Source: Bacteroidota bacterium (GTDB lineage: Bacteria; Bacteroidota; Bacteroidia; AKYH767-A; JAHEYN01). From it: 64,000 nucleotides of DNA. Below, piece after piece: positions 9,923 through 20,100 of this stretch. The stretch covers positions 29,642 to 93,641 of the forward strand of contig CANFOZ010000002.1 in the NCBI GenBank assembly GCA_947448795.1. Direction: 5' to 3'. The notes under the pieces were generated by a model. It did no database searches, was not told the origin of the DNA, and saw nothing but the letters and a program-made list of their open reading frames with translations. The translations under genes and the position numbers were made by a program. Position 1 is the stretch's first letter. Each line of letters begins with the position of its first letter.

Positions 9923-11552
9923 TAAACGAATAATTCTATCGCTTTGCTTTTTGCTTATTGGATTTTCTTTATCGGCTCAAGAACTTTTTTATCCGCTTGG
10001 TCGTGATTTAAATACCAAGATAGATGCTGCGATTAACGATCCGGCATTTGATTTTCATACGGATATTCGACCGTATCGAATGGCCGAGTTCGCACAGAAA
10101 ATTAAGCTGGATTCAATTACCTCGACTTTTTATTTCAAGCCACAGAGCAAGCATTTGTGGCGCAATAGTATATGGCGTAGAGACAACTTAATTTATATTC
10201 GGCAAGACATTCTAACCTTAGCAATAGATCCTCAACTGGATCTTGAGTTCAACCAAGATGCTGCTGAACGAGGCATTGTTAATGGGCGTGGTCTTAAACT
10301 AGATGCAACGATTGGTAAGAAGGTGGCTATTACCTCTGCCTTTTATGAAAATCAATCCACCTTCATTAATTATATCGATGCGTATGTGAAGTCTAATGGA
10401 ATTGTTCCAGGTCAAGGGTATTGGAAAAAATTTAAAACATCGGGCTATGATTATGGATACGCTACCGGATCAATTTCCTATTCCCCTTCCAAGTATTTCA
10501 ATTTCAATTTTGGAAACGGAAAGAATTTTATCGGCGATGGGTACAGATCAGTGCTCTTATCCGACAATGCATTCGTCTATCCGTATTTGAAAATTACCAC
10601 CAGTATTGGGAAGATCAAATACATGAACTTGTATACTACAGGTTTGGATATCAATCATCCTAAAGACGCTTTCAATAACGATGATTTTTATCGAAAGAAC
10701 ATGGCGATGCACTACCTCAGCATGAAGTTCGGTAAGCACTATACCTTGGGATTATTTGAAGCGGTAGTGTTTCGCGCCAAGGATTCGACCTCATCGCGGG
10801 GTTATGATTGGAATTACTTAAACCCAGTAATCTTTCTGCGCCCTGTCGAATTTTCTTTGGGTTCTTCTGATAATGCCTTGATGGGCTTGAACCAAAAACT
10901 TTCGATTTCAAAAAGTTTTTTGCTCTACAATCAAATCATGTTGGATGAGTTCAAACTGTCTGAAGTACGAGCGGGAAAGGGTTGGCATGGAAACAAGCAG
11001 GCCTTTCAATTGGGCTTGAAATATTTTAATGTTGCCACACTCAAGAACTTAAACTTGCAGATGGAATTCAATTATGTGCGTCCATACATGTATTCGCATT
11101 ATAACACCTTAGAGAATTACGGACACTACAATCAGCCACTTGCGCATCCGATGGGGGCTAATTTCTGGGAAGCTATTTCTTTTCTGAATTATCGATATAA
11201 ATCCTTTTTCTTTGAAGGAAGAGGTTCGTTTGCCATGAAGGGATATGATATTTATGACAAGACCTCAAAAACATATTTGAATTACGGTAGCGACATATAT
11301 CGCTCGTATTACGACCGGCCCGACTTGGATGGCACCAACAACTATGGTTATTTCATGGCAACGGGACTAACAACAAAAATAATTTATGCGGATTTTCGCG
11401 TTCAATATGTGATTAATCCAAAAACAAATTTGAACTTTGAAGCTGGTGTGACGGAAAGGATCACTAGCGACAATATAAATGGAATGGCTCAACATACCAT
11501 TCTGCACTTCGGCTTGAGGACATCCTTGACCAACGCATACTTTGATTTTTAA
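9906..11552 (+). CDS. Secreted outer-membrane beta-barrel protein, possibly Wzi-like (capsule assembly).
   Basis: Signal peptide MKMRINKRIILSLCFLLIGFSLSAQ. Tyr/Gly-rich amphipathic beta-strand composition and a C-terminal aromatic end (NAYFDF). It overlaps the sugar-transferase gene by 17 nt. The Wzi assignment is an inference. Confidence 0.4.
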   Translation: MKMRINKRIILSLCFLLIGFSLSAQELFYPLGRDLNTKIDAAINDPAFDFHTDIRPYRMAEFAQKIKLDSITSTFYFKPQSKHLWRNSIWRRDNLIYIRQDILTLAIDPQLDLEFNQDAAERGIVNGRGLKLDATIGKKVAITSAFYENQSTFINYIDAYVKSNGIVPGQGYWKKFKTSGYDYGYATGSISYSPSKYFNFNFGNGKNFIGDGYRSVLLSDNAFVYPYLKITTSIGKIKYMNLYTTGLDINHPKDAFNNDDFYRKNMAMHYLSMKFGKHYTLGLFEAVVFRAKDSTSSRGYDWNYLNPVIFLRPVEFSLGSSDNALMGLNQKLSISKSFLLYNQIMLDEFKLSEVRAGKGWHGNKQAFQLGLKYFNVATLKNLNLQMEFNYVRPYMYSHYNTLENYGHYNQPLAHPMGANFWEAISFLNYRYKSFFFEGRGSFAMKGYDIYDKTSKTYLNYGSDIYRSYYDRPDLDGTNNYGYFMATGLTTKIIYADFRVQYVINPKTNLNFEAGVTERITSDNINGMAQHTILHFGLRTSLTNAYFDF

Positions 11553-11558
11553 TAAGCG

Positions 11559-12821
11559 ATGAGGGAGGAAAAAACGATATTTCAAAATGTAGACTGGTTT
11601 ACAATCTGTCTTTACCTCTTCATGGTCACCGCTGGCTGGATAAGCATCTATGCTGCGGTATATAACGATGAGCACAAAAGCATTTTCGACTTCAGCCAGA
11701 ATTACGGTAAGCAAGTTATGTGGATTGGTACATCCTTTCTTCTAGCTATTATTCTGCTCGCTATCGATGGTAAGTTTTATGCTGCGTTTGCCTATCCCAC
11801 CTACATAGCGTTAATTTTTGTATTGATTGCCGTGCTCTTGTTTGGTGTTGATATCAAGGATACGCGAGCTTGGTTTCAAATTGGAAGCTTTCGTATTCAA
11901 CCGTCGGAGTTTGCCAAGTTTGCCACCAATATGGCGCTTGCGAAATACCTCAGTACGCTGGATATCAAAATGGAGCGACTGAAAACAAAGATTTATTCTT
12001 TTGCTCTGTTAGCTATTCCGGGTGGGTTGATCCTGTTGCAAAACGATACTGGATCGGCAATGGTTTTCGCTGCTTTCATCTTCGTTCTCTACCGCGAAGG
12101 CTTATCTGGTAATTATTTACTTATCGGGTTCTTTACTGCTTTGCTTTTTATCCTCGCCCTGTTAATAAGCAAACTAATTTTAGTAAGCGTGATATTGGGC
12201 GTTGCTATTTTGTTCATCATCTTAGTGCGTACCAACCGAAAAAACATGCTGGTCATTGCCGTCGGTGTAATGCTGTCGATAGGCTTTGTATATAGTGTAG
12301 ATTATGCTTTTGAGAACATTCTGGAACCCCATCAGAAAACACGTATCAATGTGCTTTTAGGCAAACAAACAGATTTGAAAGGGGCTGGCTACAACGTCAA
12401 TCAAAGTATGATTGCAATTGGTTCTGGTGGTTTTTTTGGCAAAGGCTTTTTAAATGGCACACAAACGAAGTTTGATTTTGTGCCGGAGCAAAGCACCGAC
12501 TTCATCTTTTGTACAGTAGGCGAGGAGTGGGGTTTTGTAGGCACATTCACCATTATAATTTTATTCTTGGTGCTCTTTATCCGAATCATCATGCTTGCCG
12601 AACGACAGCGATCAACCTTCAGTCGGATCTATGGATATGGTGTAGCATCAATCCTGTTCTTTCACTTGATGGTGAATATCGGAATGACGATAGGTTTGGC
12701 CCCTGTAATTGGAATCCCGCTGCCATTTTTTAGCTACGGAGGTTCGTCGCTATGGTCCTTCACGATTTTACTCTTTATCTTTCTTCGATTGGATGCCTAC
12801 CGCTTCCAAATTATGCGCTAA
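11559..12821 (+). CDS. rodA: SEDS-family peptidoglycan glycosyltransferase RodA/FtsW.
   Basis: Ten TM helices and a PFFSYGGSS motif. IAIGSGGFFGKGFLNGTQTKFDFVPEQSTDFIF is the classic SEDS periplasmic loop. Confidence 0.8.
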   Translation: MREEKTIFQNVDWFTICLYLFMVTAGWISIYAAVYNDEHKSIFDFSQNYGKQVMWIGTSFLLAIILLAIDGKFYAAFAYPTYIALIFVLIAVLLFGVDIKDTRAWFQIGSFRIQPSEFAKFATNMALAKYLSTLDIKMERLKTKIYSFALLAIPGGLILLQNDTGSAMVFAAFIFVLYREGLSGNYLLIGFFTALLFILALLISKLILVSVILGVAILFIILVRTNRKNMLVIAVGVMLSIGFVYSVDYAFENILEPHQKTRINVLLGKQTDLKGAGYNVNQSMIAIGSGGFFGKGFLNGTQTKFDFVPEQSTDFIFCTVGEEWGFVGTFTIIILFLVLFIRIIMLAERQRSTFSRIYGYGVASILFFHLMVNIGMTIGLAPVIGIPLPFFSYGGSSLWSFTILLFIFLRLDAYRFQIMR

Positions 12822-12851
12822 GAAGTTGAAGAATTGATTGCTTCGGTTTTT

Positions 12852-13718
12852 CTAAACACCGATAGGATGCCACGTGGTTTTTATTTCTTGTGTGTTCATG
12901 ATGTGATATGGACTTTGCGACTTTGCCTGGCTCCAGTCGTCCATCAAATGAATACAACGCTTCACATTGGCTGCAGCCTCGCTTTGAATCGTTTTTAAAG
13001 ACTCGCCGCTGGCATCGAATACCAAGGCGTTTACGTCCATGTGGCTGGCGTAGGTCTTTATTAATTCGGCGCGCGAACCAGTGAGGATATTCACCACACC
13101 CGCAGGAACATCACTAGCATGCAGTACTTCGCCGAAGGTGCTTGCGCACAAGGGCTTGCTTTCGGAACTTAAAACAACACAGGTGTTGCCACCCACAATC
13201 GCTGGCGCAATCAAAGACACCAAGCCAATCAACGCGCTCTTCTCTTCGCAAAGAATACCAACAACGCCCATGGCTTCGGGTACTGAAAAATTGAAATGCG
13301 ACGAATCAACCGGATTCACTGCGCTGAAAATGGCTTGATATTTATCGCTCCAGCCAGCGTAATGCACCAGTCGGTCAATGCTGCTTTGTAGCTCATTTGT
13401 TGCTTGGCCTACGGTGTATCCTTGTGCAATCATCTCTTCCATAAATTGCGCCTTCCTGCCTTCTAGCATCTCCGCAATGCGATACAAAATCTGGCCCCGG
13501 TTATACGCGCTGCGAGCCGCCCAAGCATCCTGCGCTTTGCGAGCGGCTACGATAGCGTCTCGAAGGTCCTTTCGCGATGCAAGGCACGCATTGGCGATGC
13601 CATTACCATTCTTGCTTTTTACAAGATAGTGCCTTCCCGATTCGCTGCGGGGGAATTTACCATCGATGTAAAGTTTATAGGTTTTGAGAATCTCGAGTCG
13701 GTTTGCTTTTGTAGCCAT
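12852..13718 (-). CDS. ALDH-superfamily protein, N-terminal and NAD-binding half only (288 aa). It lacks the catalytic Cys/Glu domain.
   Basis: It aligns with the first ~270 residues of the adjacent full-length ALDH (LYIDGKF..., GVVNILTGS). The ORF stops before the ELGGK / Cys catalytic region. Confidence 0.5.
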   Translation of the reverse strand: MATKANRLEILKTYKLYIDGKFPRSESGRHYLVKSKNGNGIANACLASRKDLRDAIVAARKAQDAWAARSAYNRGQILYRIAEMLEGRKAQFMEEMIAQGYTVGQATNELQSSIDRLVHYAGWSDKYQAIFSAVNPVDSSHFNFSVPEAMGVVGILCEEKSALIGLVSLIAPAIVGGNTCVVLSSESKPLCASTFGEVLHASDVPAGVVNILTGSRAELIKTYASHMDVNALVFDASGESLKTIQSEAAANVKRCIHLMDDWSQAKSQSPYHIMNTQEIKTTWHPIGV

Positions 13719-13747
13719 GTCTTTTTTTGAATTGGTAAGGCGCGATG

Positions 13748-15223
13748 TTAAACTAAATGCACATACGGGGCTAGTCCATGCAAGCCACCTTCACGGCCTA
13801 AACCGCTCTCTTTATAACCTCCAAAAGGAGAGGTTGGATCGAACTTATTATAGGTGTTTGCCCAAACGACACCGGCTTTCAACTGCTTGCTAACCTTGAA
13901 GATCTTCGATCCTTTGTCGGTCCACACACCACCTGATAAACCATACGGTGTGTTGTTTGCTTTTTCGATTACCTCGTCGGCCGTTCGAAAGGTTTGAATG
14001 CTTAGCACAGGGCCGAAAATTTCTTCTTTAACAATCGTACTAGAGGCCGAAACGCCCGTAAACAAAGTAGGTTTAAACCAGAATCCTTTTTTGGGAATGC
14101 TGCAGTCAGCTTGATACATGTCGCCACCTTCAGCGATGCCTTTCTTTACTAAACCCTGAATTTTTTGCAATTGTTCTTTCGAGTTAATTGCTCCGATGTC
14201 GGTGTTTTTATCCAAAGGATCGCCGATGCGTAAGGTGCTCATGCGGTCACGCAGTTTGCGCATCACTTGATCAGCAACGCTTTCCTGCACGAACAGCCGC
14301 GATCCTGCACAACAAACATGGCCTTGATTGAAGAAAATCGCATTGATGATTCCTTCAACGGCTTGGTCAAGGGCAGCATCTTCAAAGATGATGTTAGCCG
14401 CTTTACCACCGAGCTCTAAGGTATAGCGCTTGTCGGTGCCTGCTAAGCTGCGTTGGATAAGCTTGCCTACTTCGGTTGATCCTGTGAAAGCAATCTTATT
14501 CACTAAGGGATGGCGTACTATTGCTGCGCCGGTTTCTCCAGCTCCTGTGATGATGTTCACCACGCCTGGCGGCAAATCAGCTTCTTGAATAAGCTCAGCC
14601 AAAAGCAAAGCGGTGAGTGGTGTTGTTTCGGCAGGTTTGAGAACAACCGTATTTCCTGTTGCTAAAGCAGGTGCTATTTTCCAAGCAGCCATTAGCAAAG
14701 GAAAGTTCCAAGGAATAATTTGCCCTGCAACGCCTAAAGCTTGCGCCTTGCGGCCCGGAAAGGCATAATCCAGCTTGTCGGCCCAGCCAGCATAGTAGAA
14801 AAAGTGTGCCGCTGCTAAAGGAATATCGATGTCTCTTGATTCGCGTATCGGTTTGCCGCCGTTCATGGTTTCTAAGATGGCGAATTCGCGGGCTCGCTCT
14901 TGCAAAATGCGTGCGATACGGTAGATGTATTTTGCCCGCTCTTTACCGGGCAATTTACCCCAAACACCTTTGTATGCGTTGGCTGCAGCTTTTACTGCCT
15001 TGTTTACATCCGACTCGTCAGCCACCGCAACAAGCGCTAATGTTTCCTCCGTCGCCGGATTAATACTAGGCAGATAAATGCCTTTGCTTGGTGCTTGAAA
15101 CTTGCCATCGATGAAAAGCGCATAGCGTTCTTTCAGCTTTACGGGTGCTGTGCTTTCAGGCGCAGGTGCGTACTGGAAGGGCGTTTCGAAATTCAACGCG
15201 TGTTCTTTTTTATCTTTTTTCAT
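13748..15223 (-). CDS. NAD(P)-dependent aldehyde dehydrogenase.
   Basis: 491 aa. Motifs PWNFP, VLKPAE, GSTEVG, ELGGK and FFNQGHVCCAGSR (catalytic Cys). Confidence 0.85.
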   Translation of the reverse strand: MKKDKKEHALNFETPFQYAPAPESTAPVKLKERYALFIDGKFQAPSKGIYLPSINPATEETLALVAVADESDVNKAVKAAANAYKGVWGKLPGKERAKYIYRIARILQERAREFAILETMNGGKPIRESRDIDIPLAAAHFFYYAGWADKLDYAFPGRKAQALGVAGQIIPWNFPLLMAAWKIAPALATGNTVVLKPAETTPLTALLLAELIQEADLPPGVVNIITGAGETGAAIVRHPLVNKIAFTGSTEVGKLIQRSLAGTDKRYTLELGGKAANIIFEDAALDQAVEGIINAIFFNQGHVCCAGSRLFVQESVADQVMRKLRDRMSTLRIGDPLDKNTDIGAINSKEQLQKIQGLVKKGIAEGGDMYQADCSIPKKGFWFKPTLFTGVSASSTIVKEEIFGPVLSIQTFRTADEVIEKANNTPYGLSGGVWTDKGSKIFKVSKQLKAGVVWANTYNKFDPTSPFGGYKESGLGREGGLHGLAPYVHLV

Positions 15224-15239
15224 GCCTTTGATTAGGGAT

Positions 15240-16151
15240 CTAATCTTTTGAGAAATAGTCTATGCTCTGGTATCGTCCAGTTTTTTCTTTGATAAGTTGC
15301 ATCAATAAATCGTTTGCCAAGGAACTCGCACCAAAACGGAAAAGCGATGGAGAAAGCCAATCACTACCTAGTGTTTCGTTCACCATAACTAAGTATTGCA
15401 GTGCGTTCTTTGCAGTACTGATGCCTCCCGCCGGCTTCATGCCGATGCGTTTGCCTGTTGCGTAAAAATGGTCGCGAATAGTTTCTAGCATAACCAAGGT
15501 TACCGGCAGGGTGGCAGCTGGTTGTACTTTGCCTGTCGAGGTTTTAATAAAGTCAGCTCCAGCGCGGATAGCCAATTCGCTCGCTTTGCGAACTTGATCA
15601 AGGGACGATAATTCGCCGGTCTCCAAAATAACTTTTAAGTGGGCCTTGCCGCATGCTTCTTTGACAGCTGCAATTTCGTCGTGCACATAGGCGTATTCAC
15701 CCGCTAGAAAATGTCCGCGCGAAATAACCATGTCGATTTCATCGGCACCTTCTTCCACTGCCCAGTGTGTTTCGGCAAGCTTGATGGCTCGATTCGATTG
15801 TCCGCTAGGAAATGCCGTTGCAACCGAAGCCACTTGGATTTTGGTGCCTTTTAAATGCGATTTGGTAAGTCGCACAAGACTCGGGTAAACACATACTGCA
15901 GCAACTGAAGGGATGTCAAGATCTTCGTGCGGACGAATGGCTTTGTTGCACAATTGTCTGATCTTACCTGGACTGTCTTTGCCTTCTAAAGTGGTAAGGT
16001 CGCACATGCTGAGCGCCATTTTCAATGCCCAAACTTTGCTCTCTTTCTTGATGCTTCGTTTTGTGAGTCGCGATACCCGCTCCTCAACACCAACCTGATC
16101 TACGGTTACGCAGGTCAGGTCTTCGTAAGGCGTTTTTGTATGCTTGTCCAT
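15240..16151 (-). CDS. deoC: Deoxyribose-phosphate aldolase (long form).
   Basis: CDLTTLEG, a Schiff-base Lys region (ADFIKTSTGK) and GMKPAGGIS. Confidence 0.8.
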   Translation of the reverse strand: MDKHTKTPYEDLTCVTVDQVGVEERVSRLTKRSIKKESKVWALKMALSMCDLTTLEGKDSPGKIRQLCNKAIRPHEDLDIPSVAAVCVYPSLVRLTKSHLKGTKIQVASVATAFPSGQSNRAIKLAETHWAVEEGADEIDMVISRGHFLAGEYAYVHDEIAAVKEACGKAHLKVILETGELSSLDQVRKASELAIRAGADFIKTSTGKVQPAATLPVTLVMLETIRDHFYATGKRIGMKPAGGISTAKNALQYLVMVNETLGSDWLSPSLFRFGASSLANDLLMQLIKEKTGRYQSIDYFSKD

Positions 16152-16271
16152 TGTTTTTTTAGTTAAACAAACTTACATAAAAAATCAGTGCTTAAATAGG
16201 ACAACGGTAAATTACACGTCCTCTGTTGAGCATCGATTTACTGGCTCTGCTAAGAAAATTAGAAAAGAAAA

Positions 16272-16667
16272 TTAGTTTTTATTGGCGATGATATTCCTGC
16301 CGTAAATGGCATAAAAAACAAGCATACCAATGAGGCAGCCGATGGTATCGGCAATCCAATCCATTACATCGCCTTGTCGCCCAGTGAATACGGTAGCTTG
16401 AAGGAATTCGATGACGCCACCATAAAATATACCAAACACCATGGAAACAGTGACAGCGCTAAAGCGCAATCGTCTAAATGTATATTGTTTGATGAAACCA
16501 ACAATCATCAATTCAACAAGCACGGCATAAAAGAACGCATGTACAACTTTGTCGAAACTAAGCAGACTCCAAAAGCTCATGTCCGGAAATTCTTGGCCGG
16601 GCAAAGCGCTCAGCAGCAGAATCAGCAAGCCCCAAACGATAGCAAGAAAGGTGTGCCTGAAAAACAT
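16272..16667 (-). CDS. VanZ-like family membrane protein.
   Basis: 131 aa with 4 TM segments. DKVVHAFFYAVL...GRQGDVMDWIADTIG is typical of the VanZ family. Confidence 0.6.
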   Translation of the reverse strand: MFFRHTFLAIVWGLLILLLSALPGQEFPDMSFWSLLSFDKVVHAFFYAVLVELMIVGFIKQYTFRRLRFSAVTVSMVFGIFYGGVIEFLQATVFTGRQGDVMDWIADTIGCLIGMLVFYAIYGRNIIANKN

Positions 16668-16697
16668 ACTTCGTGGTGTGTTGAAAAAGCTGACTGG

Positions 16698-17078
16698 TTA
16701 AACACCAATCAGCTGCTTGTATTCGGCGGCACTAATAAGTCCGGTATGGTTTGATGGGTCGGTGAGTTTTACTTTCACCATCCAACCTGCTCCATACGGA
16801 TCTTTGTTTACTGACTCAGGGCTTTTTTCTAGGCCTGCATTAACTTCCAGTACGGTGCCTGCAACAGGTAGAAAGAGGTCGGACACGGTTTTTACCGCTT
16901 CAACGGTGCCGAAAATGGCTTCAGCGCTCAGTGTTTTGCCTTTAGTAGGGATATCCACAAAAACGATATCGCCCAATTCGCCTTGTGCGAAATCAGTGAT
17001 TCCGATAGTTCCTGTATCGCCTTCGATGCTTATCCATTCGTGATCCTTGGTGTAGAGTAAATTGTCTGGGAAATTCAT
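16698..17078 (-). CDS. gcvH: Glycine cleavage system H protein.
   Basis: 126 aa with lipoyl-Lys motif VEAVKTVSD; HEWI and GITDFAQ motifs. Confidence 0.9.
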   Translation of the reverse strand: MNFPDNLLYTKDHEWISIEGDTGTIGITDFAQGELGDIVFVDIPTKGKTLSAEAIFGTVEAVKTVSDLFLPVAGTVLEVNAGLEKSPESVNKDPYGAGWMVKVKLTDPSNHTGLISAAEYKQLIGV

Positions 17079-17139
17079 GATGTTGTATTTTTTACAAATT
17101 TAGGTTTAATTTCTCAATCAGGAGGCAGTAACTACATTA

Positions 17140-20100
17140 TCACGACAAGGTGAAGCGGATACTGAAGCCAGCGTTCCAGTTGGTGGTTTTAAAGCTGGTG
17201 GAAATCTCTGGTATGTTGCGCGACCATTCGTGAAAGAGTTTCAGATTAAAGCGTTCATTCACCATGTATTCGATGGAGGTGCTAATTTTCTTTGTGCGCA
17301 TGCCACCAGTGGGTTGTACGGTCTCCTGCACCAATGCTCTAGAGATTGTCAAGCTGCGCCGATACGAGAAGTCGGTCTTGAAAATCAGGTCGTTTTTTAG
17401 GCGTACCGTCTGGGCATTGATCTTGAATGGGATTTTGTAATTCTTCAATTTATAGCCCATTCCCAACACATATTCAGCGCCTCTGGTTTCATTGACATTG
17501 GTGTTGGCGAGGTTCAGCGAAATGTTGCGGTCGCGTTTGTATTCTAATTTATTCGTAAAACCACTCTTCCAATTCATATCGATGCCTAACAAAGGACTAA
17601 ATTGCTCGGCAATACTAATTTGGCCGATTTCAAAACGGGAGCGAAAGTCACCGGTATCGTTAACCGCAAGTGAATGGCCGTTTATATCCTCGATGAAGAG
17701 GGTAGAGGTTGTAAAGTTATTGATGTTGTAGGTCGATCGATAGCCGTGGCTGATGGTGACGGTGTTAAAGTATTTTTTAGTGGCTTCCAATTTCGATAAA
17801 CCATCGTAGCTGATACGCCAGTTGGGAATTGGAATCGCCGCGAAAAGGCTATGTTTGGCATGTTTGCTACTGCCATTGGCCAAGGACTCGTTCTCTGGGC
17901 TGTGGTTGCTGCCATACGCGGCTAAGAAAGCAGGAATAAGAACCTCTTGGGAGGTGCTTCCATAGCCTTTGTAATAACCAGCTGTGTCGCGCATTTGACT
18001 AGCATTTGGATTTTCGCTTGACAAGCGTTCGGAGATGATGGTTCGATAGGCTTTGAAATTTTCAAATGCGGCAGAGGTGTAATCGGGCTTCGACTGCTTT
18101 TCAAACGCGGTATTCAACGAGAAGTATGACATACTGAAATTACCGGTCTCTGTAGGACTGAAACCTTTGTATCCACTCGTCCCAGTGGAGTCGGAATAGT
18201 AATGAAAATACTCGCTGTGGTTTAAGGTGTAGTTACGCGTAACATTCAAATCAATTTTAAATCCAGGCAGTGGTTCGATATTCACCTTGCCCATGATATT
18301 ATCCATATGGGTTTTTGTGTAAGGCAAATTAAGCAAGGTGTCGTGTGTGATCCAGTTTTTATCACCGGCCTTCATGCGAATATCTTTTTGGCTCCCAAAT
18401 ATGAATCCTGTTGTTGGTCCTTCGAAACGATCATCCATACCCATGAATTGCGTTCGCTGAAGATAACCGGGTAAGATGGTGCCATCCGTTGATGTGAAAC
18501 TTAAGCTGCCTGTTTTTACAGCCAATAAAAATTTGGTTCCAACATGTAAAACTTGTCCTATTGCCGAAGCATGGAAAAGGGAGTCTTGTTTGGCGCGTAA
18601 TGAATCTTCGTGCGTTTTTATTGGCTTCAAGCGTTTTGGGAAAACTTGTCCGGGCTTCATCTGGTTTACGCGCTTGAAATAATTCACCTTGTTATAAAAA
18701 TTTGTGAAGTTTAAATTTGCCGAAAGCTGAATATTCTTGGAATTTGTAATGGTATTTCCAAGCGCTGTGTCTGGCCGCATCTTGTAGGTCAACGAGTCTC
18801 TCTTATAGGGAGCGGTAACCCAATGATAATCGTATCCATAGCGCGAGGTTGGCGTTATCCAATCGAGTATCGGAATCTTGTTTATTGGGATGGTGTAATT
18901 TACATTGCCAGTATGGTGATAATCCGTTGTTCTGCCTCCAAGTGGTGCATCTATACCGAACAGATTGTTTTTTATCGTATCCATAGCCTGCTGATAATCT
19001 TGATCCTTCCGATTGATTCGACCGGCACCCTCATCCACGCGTGAAGAGTTATTGGCTTGAAAATCAAACTTCAGCGATTTGGTCATATCGTACTTCACAT
19101 CGTAGTTTCTCGACATCGAAAACGATTTGTTAAAGTTCGTGTCCATGCCAAAAGGAGAACCCGTTGTGTTGCGAAGCAACATCTCGTTGTATTGTCGGTC
19201 GAGGTCGGTGCGGAAGGCTACGCTTGATGGACTATACTGAAAGTTGAAATCTTTAATCAGCTTGAACCAATTCGACTTTAAGGCCTTCGATTTAGCAAAG
19301 GGCGCCACATTTTTTGGGGTGTTGCCAAAAACATAGGCGATGCCTCCTCGATGCGTCTTTTGGTATTTGTATTGTATGCTTTCACTTCGGTTATACAAAT
19401 CGGTGTAAGCATAGTTCAAAGACACATTCTCTACATCGTAAAAATGGGATTTCTTACCAGCGCCTTTCTCTTTCTTGACATTCGTGAAGTTCAAACTGCG
19501 TCGAACAGTATAATCTTCCGACTGGTGAATAATCTCTTTTCTCCTGGCATCTTGATTTGTTGTCTTGTAGTGGTCAAGCTCATTTTGCAAAGGAACATCT
19601 GGATCGTAGGGGTCAAACTTCGGCCTTTTCCAAACTTCGGCGTACCCCATATATACCGGGATTTTAAGCTTGGATTTTTCAGGCAGAAACTTGCCTAACT
19701 CGGTTGTTCCAGAAGCATCGTAGGAGGTTTCGGTATTCTTACTTCGCTCATTCAGTTTTTGTTCGAGTGAACCCCAATTGGCACTTTTATGAATGCCAGA
19801 CACATTGACATTTCCTAAGTCGGCAAGCTTTGCGCTGAGTCTAGCATTAGCTGCCCAACCCCCCTTATCATCGAAATCTGTAACGCGCAACTCATCAAAC
19901 CATACCTCAGCGCACTTCGGTAATCCGTCGTCTGAATCGCTTGTATAGCGATACGGGTTGCGAATACCCAACATGATGGTGTGAAGCTCATTCAATCGCG
20001 GTGACCCAACAACGGTGATGCGGTTTTCGCCATCCATCACTGAATAGGGTTTGTTGATTGCCCAATTCAATGCATTGCGATCAAGTTTTGCATTGTACAA

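Noticed and set aside
16152-16271. Direct repeat GAAAATTAG ×2 downstream of the vanZ-like gene.
   Set aside because: It is a short AT-rich duplication with no hairpin potential. It is likely chance in AT-rich spacer.
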